A DNA stretch of 45,749 bases from Trypethelium eluteriae (lineage: Eukaryota), in contig JAVECL010000135.1 in NCBI GenBank assembly GCA_051942245.1, positions 1 to 45,749 on the forward strand, read 5' to 3'. Below the pieces are notes generated by a model, which was given only the letters and a program-made list of their open reading frames with translations, was not told the origin of the DNA and searched no databases. Positions 26,103-37,303 of this stretch are shown here, one piece after another. The translations under genes and the position numbers were made by a program. The stretch's first letter is position 1. The number at the start of each line of letters is the position of its first letter.

Positions 26103-29100
26103 ATGGCCGGTGACTCTGCCAGCGGCTACGTCGCGGCGAGTAACCTACAACAGGATAACAATGCATCGCTGCCAATCTTCGACATTGAACCGGTCCAGCT
26201 CCGATTTGCTGTGTCCTCGGAGTTTGTTGCAGCCCAAGTTGCTAATAACGTCCTCGTTCTCGCCTTATCCACAGGGCGGATTTTAAGAATTGACCTCGAT
26301 AATGCGGCAGACATTGATGGTTAGGAATGATCCAACCGCCGGACTGAATTATGCTGAAGCAATAGATTAGATATCGACCTCCCAAAGAAGATTTCAGAAA
26401 CGGGAGTGATTCGACGACTTTTCCTCGACCCTACAGCGTCTCATCTGATCATCGCGACTGCCCTGGGTGAGAACTATTATCTCCATACGCAGTCACGGCA
26501 GCCTAAACCCCTGTCACGGCTAAAAGGCGTCTTGCTCGAGTCCGTCGCATGGAATCCGTCTTTGCCAACAGCATCAACACGAGAGATCCTGGTTGGGGCG
26601 TCGGATGGGATCATATACGAAACTTTCATCGAGCCATCCAGCGAGTTTTACAAGCGCGATGAGAAATACACAAAGGCGATTTACAAGAGTAGCGATGGGG
26701 CCGTTACTGGGCTTTGGGTGGATTTGGTAACGGATAAGCCAGACTATCGGCGAGCTATGTTAGTTACAAATAGACGATTATTGCATTTCGTCGGACGTCT
26801 TGGCCGGCCTGCACACGAAGGTAGTGGGGCGATATTTCAAAAGATTTTCGACTCTGAAACTCCAACTATGAATGAAGATCCGAGGCCTTCGGCAGACGCA
26901 CCGTCGAAACTGTCAGTCTCTCCGGAAGCAGAAGAGCACGCTGCATGGAAAGAGACTGCGAGGAAACCGTACGCTTGGCTCTCGAATCAGGGCATCTTCT
27001 ATGGAGTTGTAGAGAGGGCGCAAGATTCTGGGTCATTCTTTGCTGAATCCAAGCTGTTTAGCAATGCTAGAATCCCACCGTTACAGACAACAGGAGGACG
27101 CAACCGAACCGCACAGGAACCAGTGCATTCCATTATTCTTAGCCAATGGCATATTCTCTGCCTTGTTAACGGTAGAGTCATTGCTATCAGTCAGCTTGAT
27201 GAGAGCATTGTATACAATCAAGTTGTTCTCGAGCCTAGTCAGACTGCGCTTGGCTTAGTGTCTGATCCGACGAAGAACACCTATTGGCTTTTTACCACTC
27301 AAGAGGTCTTTGAGATTGTTGTCAATGATGAAAGTAGAGATGTGTGGAAGATCATGCTCAAGTCCCAACGATTTGATGCTGCTTCACAATTTGCTACCAC
27401 GCCAGCTCAAAAAGATGCAGTTGCTTCAGCGGCTGGAGATCATCTTGTCAGTAAAAAACAATACATCGAAGCTGCTACTGTCTATGGTCGAAGCACAAAA
27501 TCTTTCGAACAAGTCGCTCTTACGTTCATTGACGAAGGAGCGCCGGATGCACTCTGCAAATATCTCTACACCAAGCTTCAGACGCTCAAAAAGACTGCTA
27601 CCATGCAACGGATTATGATCGCCAGTTGGCTCATTGAATTATATATGGCGAAGCTGAACTCCCTCGACGACTCAATCACCACGAAAACAGAGATTTCTAC
27701 AGCACGGAATTCAAGTTCCACAACTGCAGCACCTGAGACTGCCGATCAGCTTTCTATCATTAGAAAGGAGTTCCAGGACTTTACTAGCCGCCACAAGACC
27801 GACCTTGATAGAAAAACGACGTACGAGATCATTGGTAGCCACGGACGAGAGGGGGAGCTCCTGTATTTTGCTACTGTCGTAGACGATTACAATTACGTCC
27901 TATCGTACTGGATCCAGCGCGAGCGCTGGTCGGAGTCTCTCAACACGCTCAAACGGCAAACTGATCCTGACATCTTTTACAAATATAGTAGCGCATTAAT
28001 GGCTCATGTTGCTCCCGAGTTCGTCGATATTCTCATGCGGCAGGCAAATCTTGATCCAGAGAAGCTTATCCCAGCTTTGCTGAGCTACGACAAACTAGTC
28101 CAAGTACCTCTAAAAGAGAACCAGGCCGTTCGTTATTTGCTCTTCTGCATCAATAGCCTCGGCTCCGCTCAACCTGCTGTACACAACACGCTCATCAGCA
28201 TCTACGCGTCTTCGCCATCGCGGGACGAGGGACCACTTCTTGCATACCTTCAACAACAAGCCTATGCTAACGCCGGTCGTGACCCCAGCGAGCTACCATA
28301 TGATACCGACTTCGCACTCCGCCTATGTATTCAAAACAAGCGCATCCGGTCTTGTGTTCATATTTATACTGCGCAGAACCAACCCCTTCAAGCCGTCGAG
28401 CTTGCCCTTCAAAATGACGAAATTGATCTTGCTGCCAGTATCGCAGATCGACCGCATACCTACACTTCCTCCGTGGATGCCTCGTCTCCGGCACTCAGGA
28501 AAGAGCTTTGGCTTGCAATTGCCAAACGTGTAATCGGAGCTGGCGGGATCAAATCTGCCATTGAATTCCTGCACCGCTCAAACACTTCCATCTCATCTTC
28601 TGCAACTACAGAAGCTGCGTCCTCACAACAGCTCTTGCGAATCGAAGATCTGCTCCCTCTTTTACCAGACTTTGTTGTTATCGACGACTTCAAGGAAGAA
28701 ATCTGTGATGCGCTACAATCCTACTCGCGCCAGATCGACGCACTACGCCAGGAAATGGATGACGCAGCTGCAACATCTCAACACGTAAAGCAGCAACTCC
28801 GGGGTCTCGATAAGCGCTACGCCATCGTTGAGCCTGGTGAGAAATGCTATGTCTGCGAGCTTCCACTCCTCATGCGCAGTTTCTGGTGCTTCCCCTGCCA
28901 GCACGGCTTTCATGGTGACTGTCTCACTAAACGCATAGTCGAGTGGGGGGGATTAGGGAAGGCAAAACGAATCAAGGACCTCCAGAGGGAACTGGAGGGT
29001 GCCATGGGTGCGAAAGGACAGAAGAAGGAAAGGCTGAATCGCGAGTTAGAACGGTTGGTAGCTGGTCAGTGCCCGCTGTGTAGTGAGATGGCCGTAAGAA

Positions 29101-29156
29101 GGATTGACGAGCCGTTTGTTTCGGGTTCGGATAATAAGAATGAGTGGACGGTGTGA
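26103..29156 (+). CDS. VPS18: HOPS/CORVET subunit Vps18/Pep3; 2 exons
   Basis: VAAQVANNVLVLAL..D/IDLPKK..RRLFLDPTASHLII; clathrin-like repeats; C-terminal RING region CYVC..FPCQHGFHGDC..CPLC. Intron 26320-26370. Confidence 0.94.
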
Positions 29157-29521
29157 AGGCTGGCGAAGACGCCTTGCCTGTAAGTTCTTGACGCCTTCGG
29201 ATGTATGAATAATTTTATGAGATCTTGGCTGAAAAAAAATAAAAATAAATAAAAATGATCTTGTACATGCAATTACATATCATTGACGTTGTACTGGAAT
29301 TCAGCCAATCGAGCAGCGTCGCGTAAACGACGGAGGATATCCCACTAGCACAGGTCACCCAATCTTGCTATTGTCTTGGAACGCGAGTTGCAGCAGGTCC
29401 TCATGCAAGAATCCGAAAGAACGTACTGGGCAACGCAGCTAGACTCTGAATATAGTCCACATGAAAGGTTTTGGCTGTTTAATAGTCTAGTCCGCGACGA
29501 CTTGTAACAAAAATGGCAACC

Positions 29522-31149
29522 TCATCGTCTTGCCCTCCCTGGAGGTCTCTGCACCGGGAAATCTAAGGGCAACTTCAGAACTGCGATCTTCAATCCTGCG
29601 CTCGCAGCCTTGCTCATCTTTGCCTTAATCCTTTCCCCATCACTAGCGCTTCGAACTTGACAGCCAAGTTCGCGGAAGTACTGGACCACAGTTTTGTCGT
29701 CCAATTTCAGATCGTGCTTCAGATCGGCAGTCATTACCTGAAAGTTGTCGACGATGAGAGCAAGCGCGCTTATATGAGTGTGCAGATAGTCACTATGCCA
29801 CTTTCCCACATTACCGCCATCAGAAAAGGACTGCTCGATGCGAGAAACCACAATTTCGCTGGTATTCAGTTTCTCTTTCAGCTCCGAAAATTTAGGTACC
29901 GCTTTCGTTCCACGCTTTCCCGACTTTAGAGTATTATTGAAGATGATCAGGGTCTCAATATACTTCAGGAGCCTTAGTTTCTGCACGTCCTTTTTGGTAC
30001 CCGTGGCTACCTGGTGGAGACGATTGGCGACGTGCTTGGAATTTGTTTGTATGCCATCCCCTTTCTCAGCGCAATCAAGCCAATCTCGTACGGTGAGCGC
30101 CTTCATGACATCCTCTCCAACCAAATTCTCGATTGTGTACACGTCCGCAGCGATCTTGGCGTCAAGATTCGCCTTTGGCCGTGGCTTGGCCTCATCCACC
30201 GCTGCCTGTAGCGCCGCCTTCGACGGTCGGTCCTTGTTCGCCGCAGCCGCATCGCTGAGCAGCGCTGAACCAATGGCGTCCAGCTTCTCGGGGACGGAGG
30301 AAGCCGCGGCAACCTGTTGTGCTTGGCTTGGAGCAATGGCGTTTTGCACGTTGGCCGAGATAGCTTTCTTCGCGCGGCGAGATCCAAACTCCATACCAAG
30401 CTCGTTGCGTTGGGCATTGACGGTGCTGCGTTGTTGAGCAGCCGCGGCGGCTTGGGCGCTCATCTCTTCGGCTTCGACCCGTGGAATGTGTCGAAGGGTC
30501 ACTTTGCGGGATGGTATGACTTGTAGGGTGCCGGTTTCAGGATCGAAGACGCCGGTGTAGTGTTTAAGGCCATAGTCGGTATCTGGCTCTTGGTTCGCTT
30601 TTTCCTCTTTATCGATGAAATCAAGTTTGGGCTGTTGGTTCGCTTCTTCCTCTTTGCCGATGAAATCAAGTTTGGGGTGTGAGGTGGAATGCAGCAGCAG
30701 TTCATAGCTGACTGGGTCCGACTTGTAGCCTGAGGGAGCAATTCGAGGGTCTGAGAGAACACTGCCGCCGGTTTTCTTTTTGTAGATTTGCAGGGAGATG
30801 TCGCTTGGAAAGGCCAAGCCTGGAGAAGAGGCTTCAAGGGTTAATTAGCCAAAGGAGATTGAAATCTTCTACTGTAATGACATTTCATGATCGAGTGCTG
30901 AAGATGATGCAGTGGACAGTGTGCGAGCAGCTGATCGTGACCCAAATCCGGGTTCTTGAACAAGTATTCTAAGCCACAAACTGAAGTGAAAAAGATCTAA
31001 AAGACACTACTACCTAGCTTACCTATTATAGGGCACCAGTCATCATCATCTTCTACGAGTTGAAGCCTGACGGTGCGTGAGAAGTGTTCATTTGCATCGG
31101 ACTCCGAATCGTCTTCTGATTCTCTTTTCCGCTTCTGTGCTTCAGACAT
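29522..31149 (-). CDS. rpa49: RNA polymerase I subunit A49 (Rpa49-like); 2 exons
   Basis: PIIA/SSPGLAFP, ELLLHSTSHPKLDF, KHYTGVFDPETGTLQV, RNELGMEFGSRRAKKAI, YFRELGC, IAVLKLPLDFP. Intron 30832-31022. Confidence 0.88.
30590..30676. repeat. 45-bp in-frame tandem duplication inside rpa49
   Basis: PKLDFIGKEEEANQQ followed by PKLDFIDKEEKANQE; 3 nucleotide differences over ~42 aligned bp. Confidence 0.9.
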
Positions 31150-31626
31150 GTCGCCCTGTAGCTTTTGGCTGTCTGCCGGCACAGGGGAATGCATGGACTA
31201 CTCTACATTAGAAGATTTCGAAAGCGCACCAAGCAGCGTACCTACGCCGTACGCCGTACCGCCATACAGTGCCAGACTGGGTGGCGCGGGTGGATGCCTT
31301 ACCTAACAGGTAGTCACCTAGCCACTAAACAATGGTGGGCGCTAACTAATAAGCGCGGCTCTGTGCGCGGTTACGGGAGTAGCTGCGATAGTTGACTGTG
31401 GCGGTGCGCTATGACGCAGCATCACCATCAACCCTCCGAACCCGCCATTAGGTTCTCTGCTATGATGTGTCAAGCTTGGCCTCTCTCAGGCTTGGGGGGT
31501 CGCCAACCCACCCTGATCTGGAGGCTCCCTTGATTTTGCACTCAGTTCAGCTATCATTGGCACTCTGCGAATTTCACGCACCCATTCGCTTTATATTGAC
31601 CCTGAAGTGGTCATTATATAGACGAC

Positions 31627-32443
31627 ATGTCTACCCTCGACAACATTGGATCTATTGCCAGAGGTTTCACAGATAACGTACTAGCCAAGGGTCGGGCTTT
31701 GTTCGACAGCTTCTTCCCACCCGAGAAAAGAGCTGCATTTATCGCCAAACTACAAGCATGGGCATCTGCAAATCCAAAGCTAGCTGTATGATGAATGTCA
31801 ACTACATACAGACTACAGTACTATCTCGACTGACCTTGAATCACAGGCATTTCTTGCCACCAATGTCGTCCTAACGGGTCTGCCACTCATCATGTTCTTC
31901 CTCTTTACTCTTACCGTCTTCACCTTCTCCCTCATTGCCGCTCTCCTCGTGGGCTTGTTAGTGGCTCTCATCTTCACAGCCTTCACCGTTGGGGTCGCTC
32001 TCCTCGTGATTCTGCCTACCGTCTTCTTAACTACGATGGGTGCCTCTTTCTTGTTCTTGTGGGGTCTTGGAGGTTACTATATCGTCAAGTGGTTCAATGA
32101 GGGTGAAAGCCCTGCAAAATCTGGCGAGGCAATTGGGGATAAGTTGAATAGCCTCACAGGCGGACGGCTGGACTTTGTGATGAATCCTACGCGGAAGGCC
32201 GATTCAGATTCTGCGAACAATACCTCCAACGGGACTGCGAAAAAGAGTGGTGGAACTCCGAACGGTGGACCAATCGGTGGCAACGGACACGCAACAGGGC
32301 AGGTGAAGGGACATACTGGCACCGCGACAAAAGCGACAGGTGCGGAAAATGCCACCAAGAAAGCTGGTAATGTGACTAGCACTGCTACGACTGGGCCTGG
32401 CGTTGCAAAGGGTTCCATCGGTGGAGCGACTGGTTCGACTTGA
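31627..32443 (+). CDS. Promethin/LDAF1-like lipid-droplet membrane protein; 2 exons
   Basis: FDSFFPPEKR..NPKLA/AFLATNVVLTGLPLIMFFLF, followed by a long hydrophobic hairpin and a G/T-rich tail. Intron 31786-31846. Confidence 0.75.
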
Positions 32444-33140
32444 TCTTTCTATTTCTAGGCGTCATCGCACATCAGCCTGCCCTTTCTCAGATGAAATTTT
32501 CCCTCTGCATTTGCTCTTTTGCAATGTTGGGTGTATATACTGATCTATACAGACATTGTACTGCATGTACTTGCGTTGATGGAGTCTGGCGCTCGGCCGC
32601 GTTCAAGACTACCCTTCCGACTATTGAGGAACGTCCAGCAGTTAGAATGTGATACGTCTTAGCATCCCAAGCTTCACAGTCGCGAGTTGTCTGAACCTGC
32701 AGCGAGAGCCGAGTGTGTTAGCTCTAGAACCTTAATAGGAAAGTCTGAGGTTAGTGAGTTAATTGGTGGGCATTTAAACCATGGTTCAATATCTCAGTCA
32801 AGCAATTAGAAAAGCGCATTGGAAACACTGAGTTATTAAAATCTTATTCTGAACCAATAAAGGAGTAATCGTATGGAACCTTGAGAAAGCTTCGGCAGGC
32901 CAGGCCACGAATGCTAAGGTATTGAGGGCCGTCATGGGCTGCACCGCGGAGTTGACTTGCGGCTGCGGATACAACACCCTTGGCACCATGGGGGATATGT
33001 AAACCTAAACCAGTCATTTCCCACGATCGGGCAAGAATTCGTCTCAACCACTGCGAAAATATGGTCAACGTCCCTGCCTACACTTATCCCGTTCATTTCA
33101 ATTCTCGCCATTACTTCCCTTTGCCAATTGCGCGACAGTC

Positions 33141-34958
33141 ATGGTGGACGAAGACGAGACCCTCCCTCCTTCGCCCATCCGGTACCGCACAGGCAGTCTG
33201 AAGAGCTTCGCACCCGTCAATGATGAGACTTCGATCATCTCTCGGGGACAGACGTTATCTCGATTGCTCTCTTCGCGCTCGCGCTCAATCACAAACATAC
33301 AATCGCTTGGCGATCAACTGACTCCTGGACGCCGCACTTCGACGCTCTTCCTCCGACCTGGTAGCGACACGGCTTCGCTCGACAATCTGTCCGATCTCGA
33401 GCATGGATATTCGCATATGGGTTATGATGGAGACGACAGCGCTGGCAGAAGGAGCAGCCTTGCTGCTGCCGTTTTGAACACTCCCCAGATGAGAAGCCAA
33501 CGGTTGATTGGAAACTCGAATCCGCGGTATCGATGGGAACAATATTTCAAGACGGACGAGCAATTAAAGAGGATGAAGAAGCCGATACGGCGATACTATG
33601 AGCGTAACAATTACCTCATTCAACAGTATCTGTACATTGACCGGCTACTGGATTCGTCTCTTCCGCATAACCTCATCCAGGAATACAATCAGCCCTCCTC
33701 CAATTCAGTCTCTGTGCCACCAACAATTAGCGAAGTTGATTCGCCACCCGCAACACCCGAGATTGCTGCTCAAAAAAATCAAGAATCTAGCAGTTCTCTT
33801 ACGTCGACCGCGGCATCCAGCACAATCCAAAGTACGCTACAACCCTCAGTAAAAATAAAACGCACGCCAAAAAATCTCTACAAGGTTCCGGATGAGGCAA
33901 CACCTCTTCTGATGGCTCAGGGCGATGCTGAGGAGAATTCTCAAACCGTGATGCCCAATCTCGAGCCTGACGAAGAGACCGATTCTTCGGCCCCCGTGGT
34001 TACATGGGCTGTCAACATTAACTTGACGGCGAACACGGTTTTGTTGATCATGAAAATCGTCGTGACAGTCCTCATATCCTCTGTTTCTGTGCTTGCCTCC
34101 CTCGTCGATGCAGCACTCGATTTCCTTAGTACAGGTATCGTCTGGATTACCACGCGAATGATTGCACGTCAAGACCAATACGCATATCCCGTCGGACGCC
34201 GGCGTCTTGAGCCTATTGGAATTCTCGTCTTTAGTGTCATCATGGTGACGTCTTTTTTCCAGGTTGCGCTCGAAGGTCTAAACCGGATGACGAGCTCTGG
34301 TCCAAAGGAAATTGTACAGCTTACCATTCCCGCTATTGCTATTATGGCGTCCACCGTTGTCATCAAGTTCTTATGCTGGCTGTGGTGCCGGCTCATCAAG
34401 AACTCGTCGGTGCAAGCTCTTGCGCAAGACGCGATGACTGATGTTATATTCAATATCTTTTCTATCATCTTCCCACTTATTGGATTCTTTGCAAGACAGT
34501 GGTGGTTGGATCCACTCGGTGGAATCATCTTGTCCTTGTACGTGATCATAAGTTGGAGCAGTACCAGTATCATGCACATCCGTAACTTAGCGGGCTGCTC
34601 GGCGACAGCCGATGAGCGAAATGTGCTTCTATATCTCACCATGCGCTTTGCGAAAACAGTGCGGCAGATTCAGGGTTTGCAAGCCTACCATGCGGGCGAT
34701 AAGCTTATCGTCGAAGCTGACGTTGTGGTTGGTTACCCGGTCGAAGGTGAAGAGATGGGGATAAGAGGTGGCAGCAAGCCTGGTATGAATGGAAGCGGGC
34801 TTGCTGTTTCAGGGAAGGAGATGAGTCTACGGGATAGTCACGATTTGGGCGAGAGCTTGCAGTATGTATTGGAGAGTGTCCCGATGGTGGATCGGGCTTT
34901 TGTACACCTTGACTACGAGACGTATAACTTGCCGAGTCATATGGCTCAGCAAGAATAA
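33141..34958 (+). CDS. Cation diffusion facilitator, Mn-CDF clade (MTP8/MTP11-like)
   Basis: SLVDAALD and AQDAMTD (DxxxD sites in TM2 and TM5), YPVGRRRLEPIG, WWLDPLGG, HDLGESLQ..VDRAFVHLDYE. Confidence 0.92.
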   Translation: MVDEDETLPPSPIRYRTGSLKSFAPVNDETSIISRGQTLSRLLSSRSRSITNIQSLGDQLTPGRRTSTLFLRPGSDTASLDNLSDLEHGYSHMGYDGDDSAGRRSSLAAAVLNTPQMRSQRLIGNSNPRYRWEQYFKTDEQLKRMKKPIRRYYERNNYLIQQYLYIDRLLDSSLPHNLIQEYNQPSSNSVSVPPTISEVDSPPATPEIAAQKNQESSSSLTSTAASSTIQSTLQPSVKIKRTPKNLYKVPDEATPLLMAQGDAEENSQTVMPNLEPDEETDSSAPVVTWAVNINLTANTVLLIMKIVVTVLISSVSVLASLVDAALDFLSTGIVWITTRMIARQDQYAYPVGRRRLEPIGILVFSVIMVTSFFQVALEGLNRMTSSGPKEIVQLTIPAIAIMASTVVIKFLCWLWCRLIKNSSVQALAQDAMTDVIFNIFSIIFPLIGFFARQWWLDPLGGIILSLYVIISWSSTSIMHIRNLAGCSATADERNVLLYLTMRFAKTVRQIQGLQAYHAGDKLIVEADVVVGYPVEGEEMGIRGGSKPGMNGSGLAVSGKEMSLRDSHDLGESLQYVLESVPMVDRAFVHLDYETYNLPSHMAQQE

Positions 34959-35600
34959 GTTGATGCGGTCTCATAGACCAATCCTGTCTAAGTTTCCTCT
35001 GTACAAAGTTTACTATGATAAGGCTAGCGAACGTTCTTTCTGGGTGCTCCGTGTTGCGTATCGCGACGTTTACCCCCTCTGCTTGTAGACTCTCCGGTCG
35101 GCTTCTCCAATATTTGTTACTTGAAGTCATATCAAGTCTTTCTAAGCTTCGTGGGGTTGGCCCCCTGCACAAGTGGCCTTCTCGGTATGACTATTTGTGC
35201 TCAATGCTTTGCTTAATGTCACGTTTCGTTCTCCAGCCTAGCCGAGAGGATCGCACGAGCGGACCATGATTCGTCCCGATCGGGGCTAGGGTCCGGGTGT
35301 CGCCAGACCCGCGCGGGCGGGCCGAAGGGGTTCTTTCGCGGTGTCTGTAGGGTTCATTCATTCCCTCTTCCACCCTGGTTACTGGAGGCAAATATGGTAT
35401 TAATTGCGTTGCACAATTTAGGAGAATCTAATTACTGTCTTAGATTATAGAAATAGAAGTGTGGAAAAAGAGTGTGAGAGATTCTTATAATTGTAATAAT
35501 AAAGTTCTGCTGGAATGCACAAACTGCGACCGCTGCAGTAAGAGGAATATTAAAATAATAATAAGCAGCAGCAACTGCCCCCAATTATACTGTTATTATT

Positions 35601-36399
35601 ATAAAGGCTAAACAGCAGCTTTATTATCTCCAGTAATATTATATTTTTATTTATTAATAATATATAACTGGAATTAAGAATTTATAAACATATCTCTGCA
35701 ATTATTACACACTCCTAATTAATATATAGACAGCACTTATTAAAAAAATACTATTATTAATAGATTAAAAAGCCTAAGGAAGTGGATCAGCCGCTGCTAA
35801 TATGCCCGCTATTTTTGGTATTAAGTCTGCTATTAGAAGGGTTTTATTATACCATCATAATATGTAACTATTTAACAGTTAATTAAAACGCGCTATAGAT
35901 ATATTAAAAATAAAAACACAGCTTATTATGGCGTAAAAAGGATGTGGATAGCTACTTTAAATAGGTTGCTTTATAAATATTTTTTAAGTAGGTGCACAGC
36001 GGTAATACTTTATTATTTAAGCAGCAAGCAACTATTAATTCTTTACTGAATAAATAAAAAAGCACATAAGAATAAGTAAAGCAAAAGGCATAGGTAGTTA
36101 ATGCAGAAGTAGCAAAAAATAACCAAACTGGCTGGTATAATTAAACAGGTTGGCTATTATATTTAGCAAACCAAAACTATTAATATTTAGCTACTGCAAT
36201 CCAGCTCTTAAAAAAGAATAAAACTAAGCTATAATAAGCAGCTTAAGCAGTTAAGCGGGCAGTAAAGCAGGGGGTCTAAGGATTGTTAATATTAGCTTAA
36301 GAAATGCGGCACTGGCTGCGGAGTGCGAAGCATAAAGAGGTTAATTAACAGCTATTGGCGCGACTATAGAATATTAAAAGTCAGCAATAATATACTGGG
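35601..36399 (+). pseudogene. RIP-degraded 5' fragment of a DUF3505 (OrsD-like Zn finger)/telomere-linked RecQ helicase-like gene
   Basis: Literal translations include LEGFYYTIIICNYLTVN, NQTGWYN*TGWLLYL (36121) and EMRHWLRSAKHKEVN*QLLARL*NIKSQQ*YTG (36301-36399). De-RIPped, these resemble TLH-family N-terminal motifs (TGW-x3-TGW; RRWLRSAK..RPLARLQN..SQ.RY). At least one frameshift; truncated by an LTR. Confidence 0.6.
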
Positions 36400-36879
36400 T
36401 GTTATAAGCTTATACCCCCTGGTATAAGCACAGCTTATAGCAGGTACGTAGAATAGTCTCAGGATTTTTTATGTAAGAGCGGAGTGTTAAGGATCCAATA
36501 TATGTAAAAAGGTTACTAAGCTTGAATAATTTATAATAAATAAGGACTTATTTAATTGGGCTTATAACTAACTGTGAGGTATAGTATGGTAAATAAAACG
36601 CAAGGAGGAAAGAACAAGAGTGCGCCTAAAGTTAGGCTCTTTAAATATCCATTGGTCCCCCATTATAGCTTTCCTTCTTGCTGGTCTTGCAGCGAGGAGG
36701 GCGAGATGTCATCTCGCTCCCCGCAAGGTGAGATCTCGCTTATCTTATTGTGAGATGGTTGAGGTGTTTGTGCCGTGTTCTTGCTACTTTTATTATAAGA
36801 TGCGCCTAGTGTTACGCGATTAGTGCACTACAAGTAGTGGCTACCTCCGACATATCCTTGGCCAGGAGCGTTTATAATA
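36400..36879 (-). mobile_element. Solo LTR, type B (480 bp), no target-site duplication
   Basis: Reverse-complement homologue of 44729-45221 along its whole length; flanks are CTGGG and GCTAT. Confidence 0.9.
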
Positions 36880-37303
36880 GCTATAAAAAATGGGCTAATC
36901 CCGCTGTTTATTAACTTTAATAACCCAAATCCAGAAGTCCCCTTAAAATCTGAGAACCTCAAGGTGGTAATAACAGCTAAAAAATAGCTATTAAGCCCTT
37001 GCGGCACTTAATAAGCCTTAATTAACAATTTTAGCACCGGCGGTATTAATACTTATGTTATTATAAAAAGCGCAGATTCTGTATTATCCTACAGCAAAGC
37101 GCTTTAGCTATTGCAAAAATATAAGATAAAGGTGCTTCTTCTAAACACATAAAGTAAGCAGGCTTGCTAAATTATGGTATGGAATTTAAAAGAATACCTA
37201 AAGATAAAGAAGGGGGTAATTAATAAGGAAGCGCTATTAATAAATATTACCTATACTTTTGGGCAGCGTTATACTTTATTTCCCTAGGTTGCAGTATACT
37301 AAA
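36880..37303 (+). pseudogene. RIP-inactivated iterative type I PKS: KS C-terminus and KS-AT linker
   Basis: AIKNGLIPLFINFNNPNPEVPL, INNFSTGGINTYVII (the NNFGxGGTNAHVI motif) and ITYTFGQRYTLFP*V, all in one frame. Confidence 0.88.

Noticed and set aside
29838..30437. 199-aa plus-strand ORF, and similar antisense ORFs over actinin, RFX, VRG4, VPS18 and the CDF gene
   Set aside because: Shadow frames antisense to well-supported genes.
30832..31022. Possible box C/D snoRNA in the long rpa49 intron
   Set aside because: The ATGATG and CTGA words lie on the strand opposite the host transcript, box C is imperfect and there is no terminal stem.
35237..35345. Possible tRNA or 5S rRNA at the border of the AT-rich block
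   Set aside because: No cloverleaf, no A/B boxes and no resemblance to fungal 5S; kept only as a hairpin observation.
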